Source of the DNA: Chthoniobacterales bacterium
GTDB taxonomy: Bacteria > Verrucomicrobiota > Verrucomicrobiia > Chthoniobacterales > JAFAMB01
Length of the DNA stretch: 52,294 bases
Direction: 5' to 3'
Assembly (NCBI GenBank): GCA_049585495.1
Contig: JBAUZZ010000553.1
Span: forward strand, 1-52,294
The position numbers and the translations under genes are program-made. Under the pieces are notes generated by a model that worked only from the letters and a program-made list of their open reading frames with translations, searched no databases and was not told the origin of the DNA. Each line of letters begins with the position of its first letter. Position 1 is the first letter of the stretch. Positions 52,176 through 52,294 of the stretch are shown one piece after another.

Positions 52176-52294
52176 TCACCAGTTCTTTACCATCAGCTGT
52201 AGCTCCTCGATCAGGGAATCGATCTTTTTCAAGTCCTTTCGGCGGCCCTTCTCCGGCTTGATATCAAGGGTCCGGCAAAGGGTAAGCATATCCC
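52176..52294 (-). CDS. 3' end of an unknown gene (partial)
   Basis: Own translation of the minus strand: ...DMLTLCRTLDIKPEKGRRKDLKKIDSLIEELQLMVKNW(stop at 52178-52176). Open to the window edge. No family recognised. Confidence 0.3.
   Translation of the reverse strand, partial: DMLTLCRTLDIKPEKGRRKDLKKIDSLIEELQLMVKNW

Noticed and set aside
1-52294. tRNA, rRNA, tmRNA, RNase P or riboswitch genes in the intergenic regions
   Set aside because: I scanned by eye for T-loop (GGTTCGAATCC-like) and common riboswitch cores (TPP, lysine, SAM) and found none. The structured intergenic DNA is accounted for by the repeat families. A cmscan/tRNAscan run would be needed to be definitive.

Overview
52.3-kb chromosomal window at roughly 55-58% GC. 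By eye, the gene content suggests a soil Verrucomicrobiota/PVC-type bacterium (Bat-like DUF58/BatA/VWA operon, GldG+DUF4340 ABC system, four-helix-bundle gene); this taxonomic guess is inference only. About 40 protein genes, mostly housekeeping: a partial GT2 gene plus a large polytopic membrane protein; qor; a class-V aminotransferase; a SAM methyltransferase; hom-thrC-lysC (translationally coupled); argH; a NUDIX hydrolase; tatC; a Bat-like operon (DUF58, BatA-N, double-VWA) with no MoxR; miaB; an M24 aminopeptidase; a ribose/YtfQRT-like sugar ABC operon with SDR genes; an acetoacetate pair (AtoE-like transporter and acetoacetyl-CoA synthetase); a GldA/F/G-like ABC system plus DUF4340; dgt; a heavy-metal-type two-component system; and a pdhA-pdhB-pdhC-lpdA operon flanked by two membrane proteins. 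I found no tRNA, rRNA, CRISPR array, transposase or classical defence operon. The unusual part is the non-coding DNA. Nearly every intergenic gap is filled by one of two repeat systems. (1) REP/REPIN-like hairpins with a conserved GTAGGGCG head, in several hairpin families with compensatory stem variants, often as inverted doublets. One pair brackets the dGTPase gene. (2) Long inverted arms built from short low-complexity words (CAGT/ACTGATT, GTGTCAG, CTCTCACC, GTCGGCGT). One such pair encloses an intact four-helix-bundle (23S-IVS/Avd-like) gene within a perfect 30-bp inverted repeat. Several cargo-less or decayed copies occur elsewhere, and one coincides with the truncation of an SDR gene. 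All functional calls rest on motif recognition in the translated ORFs; no database search was run.
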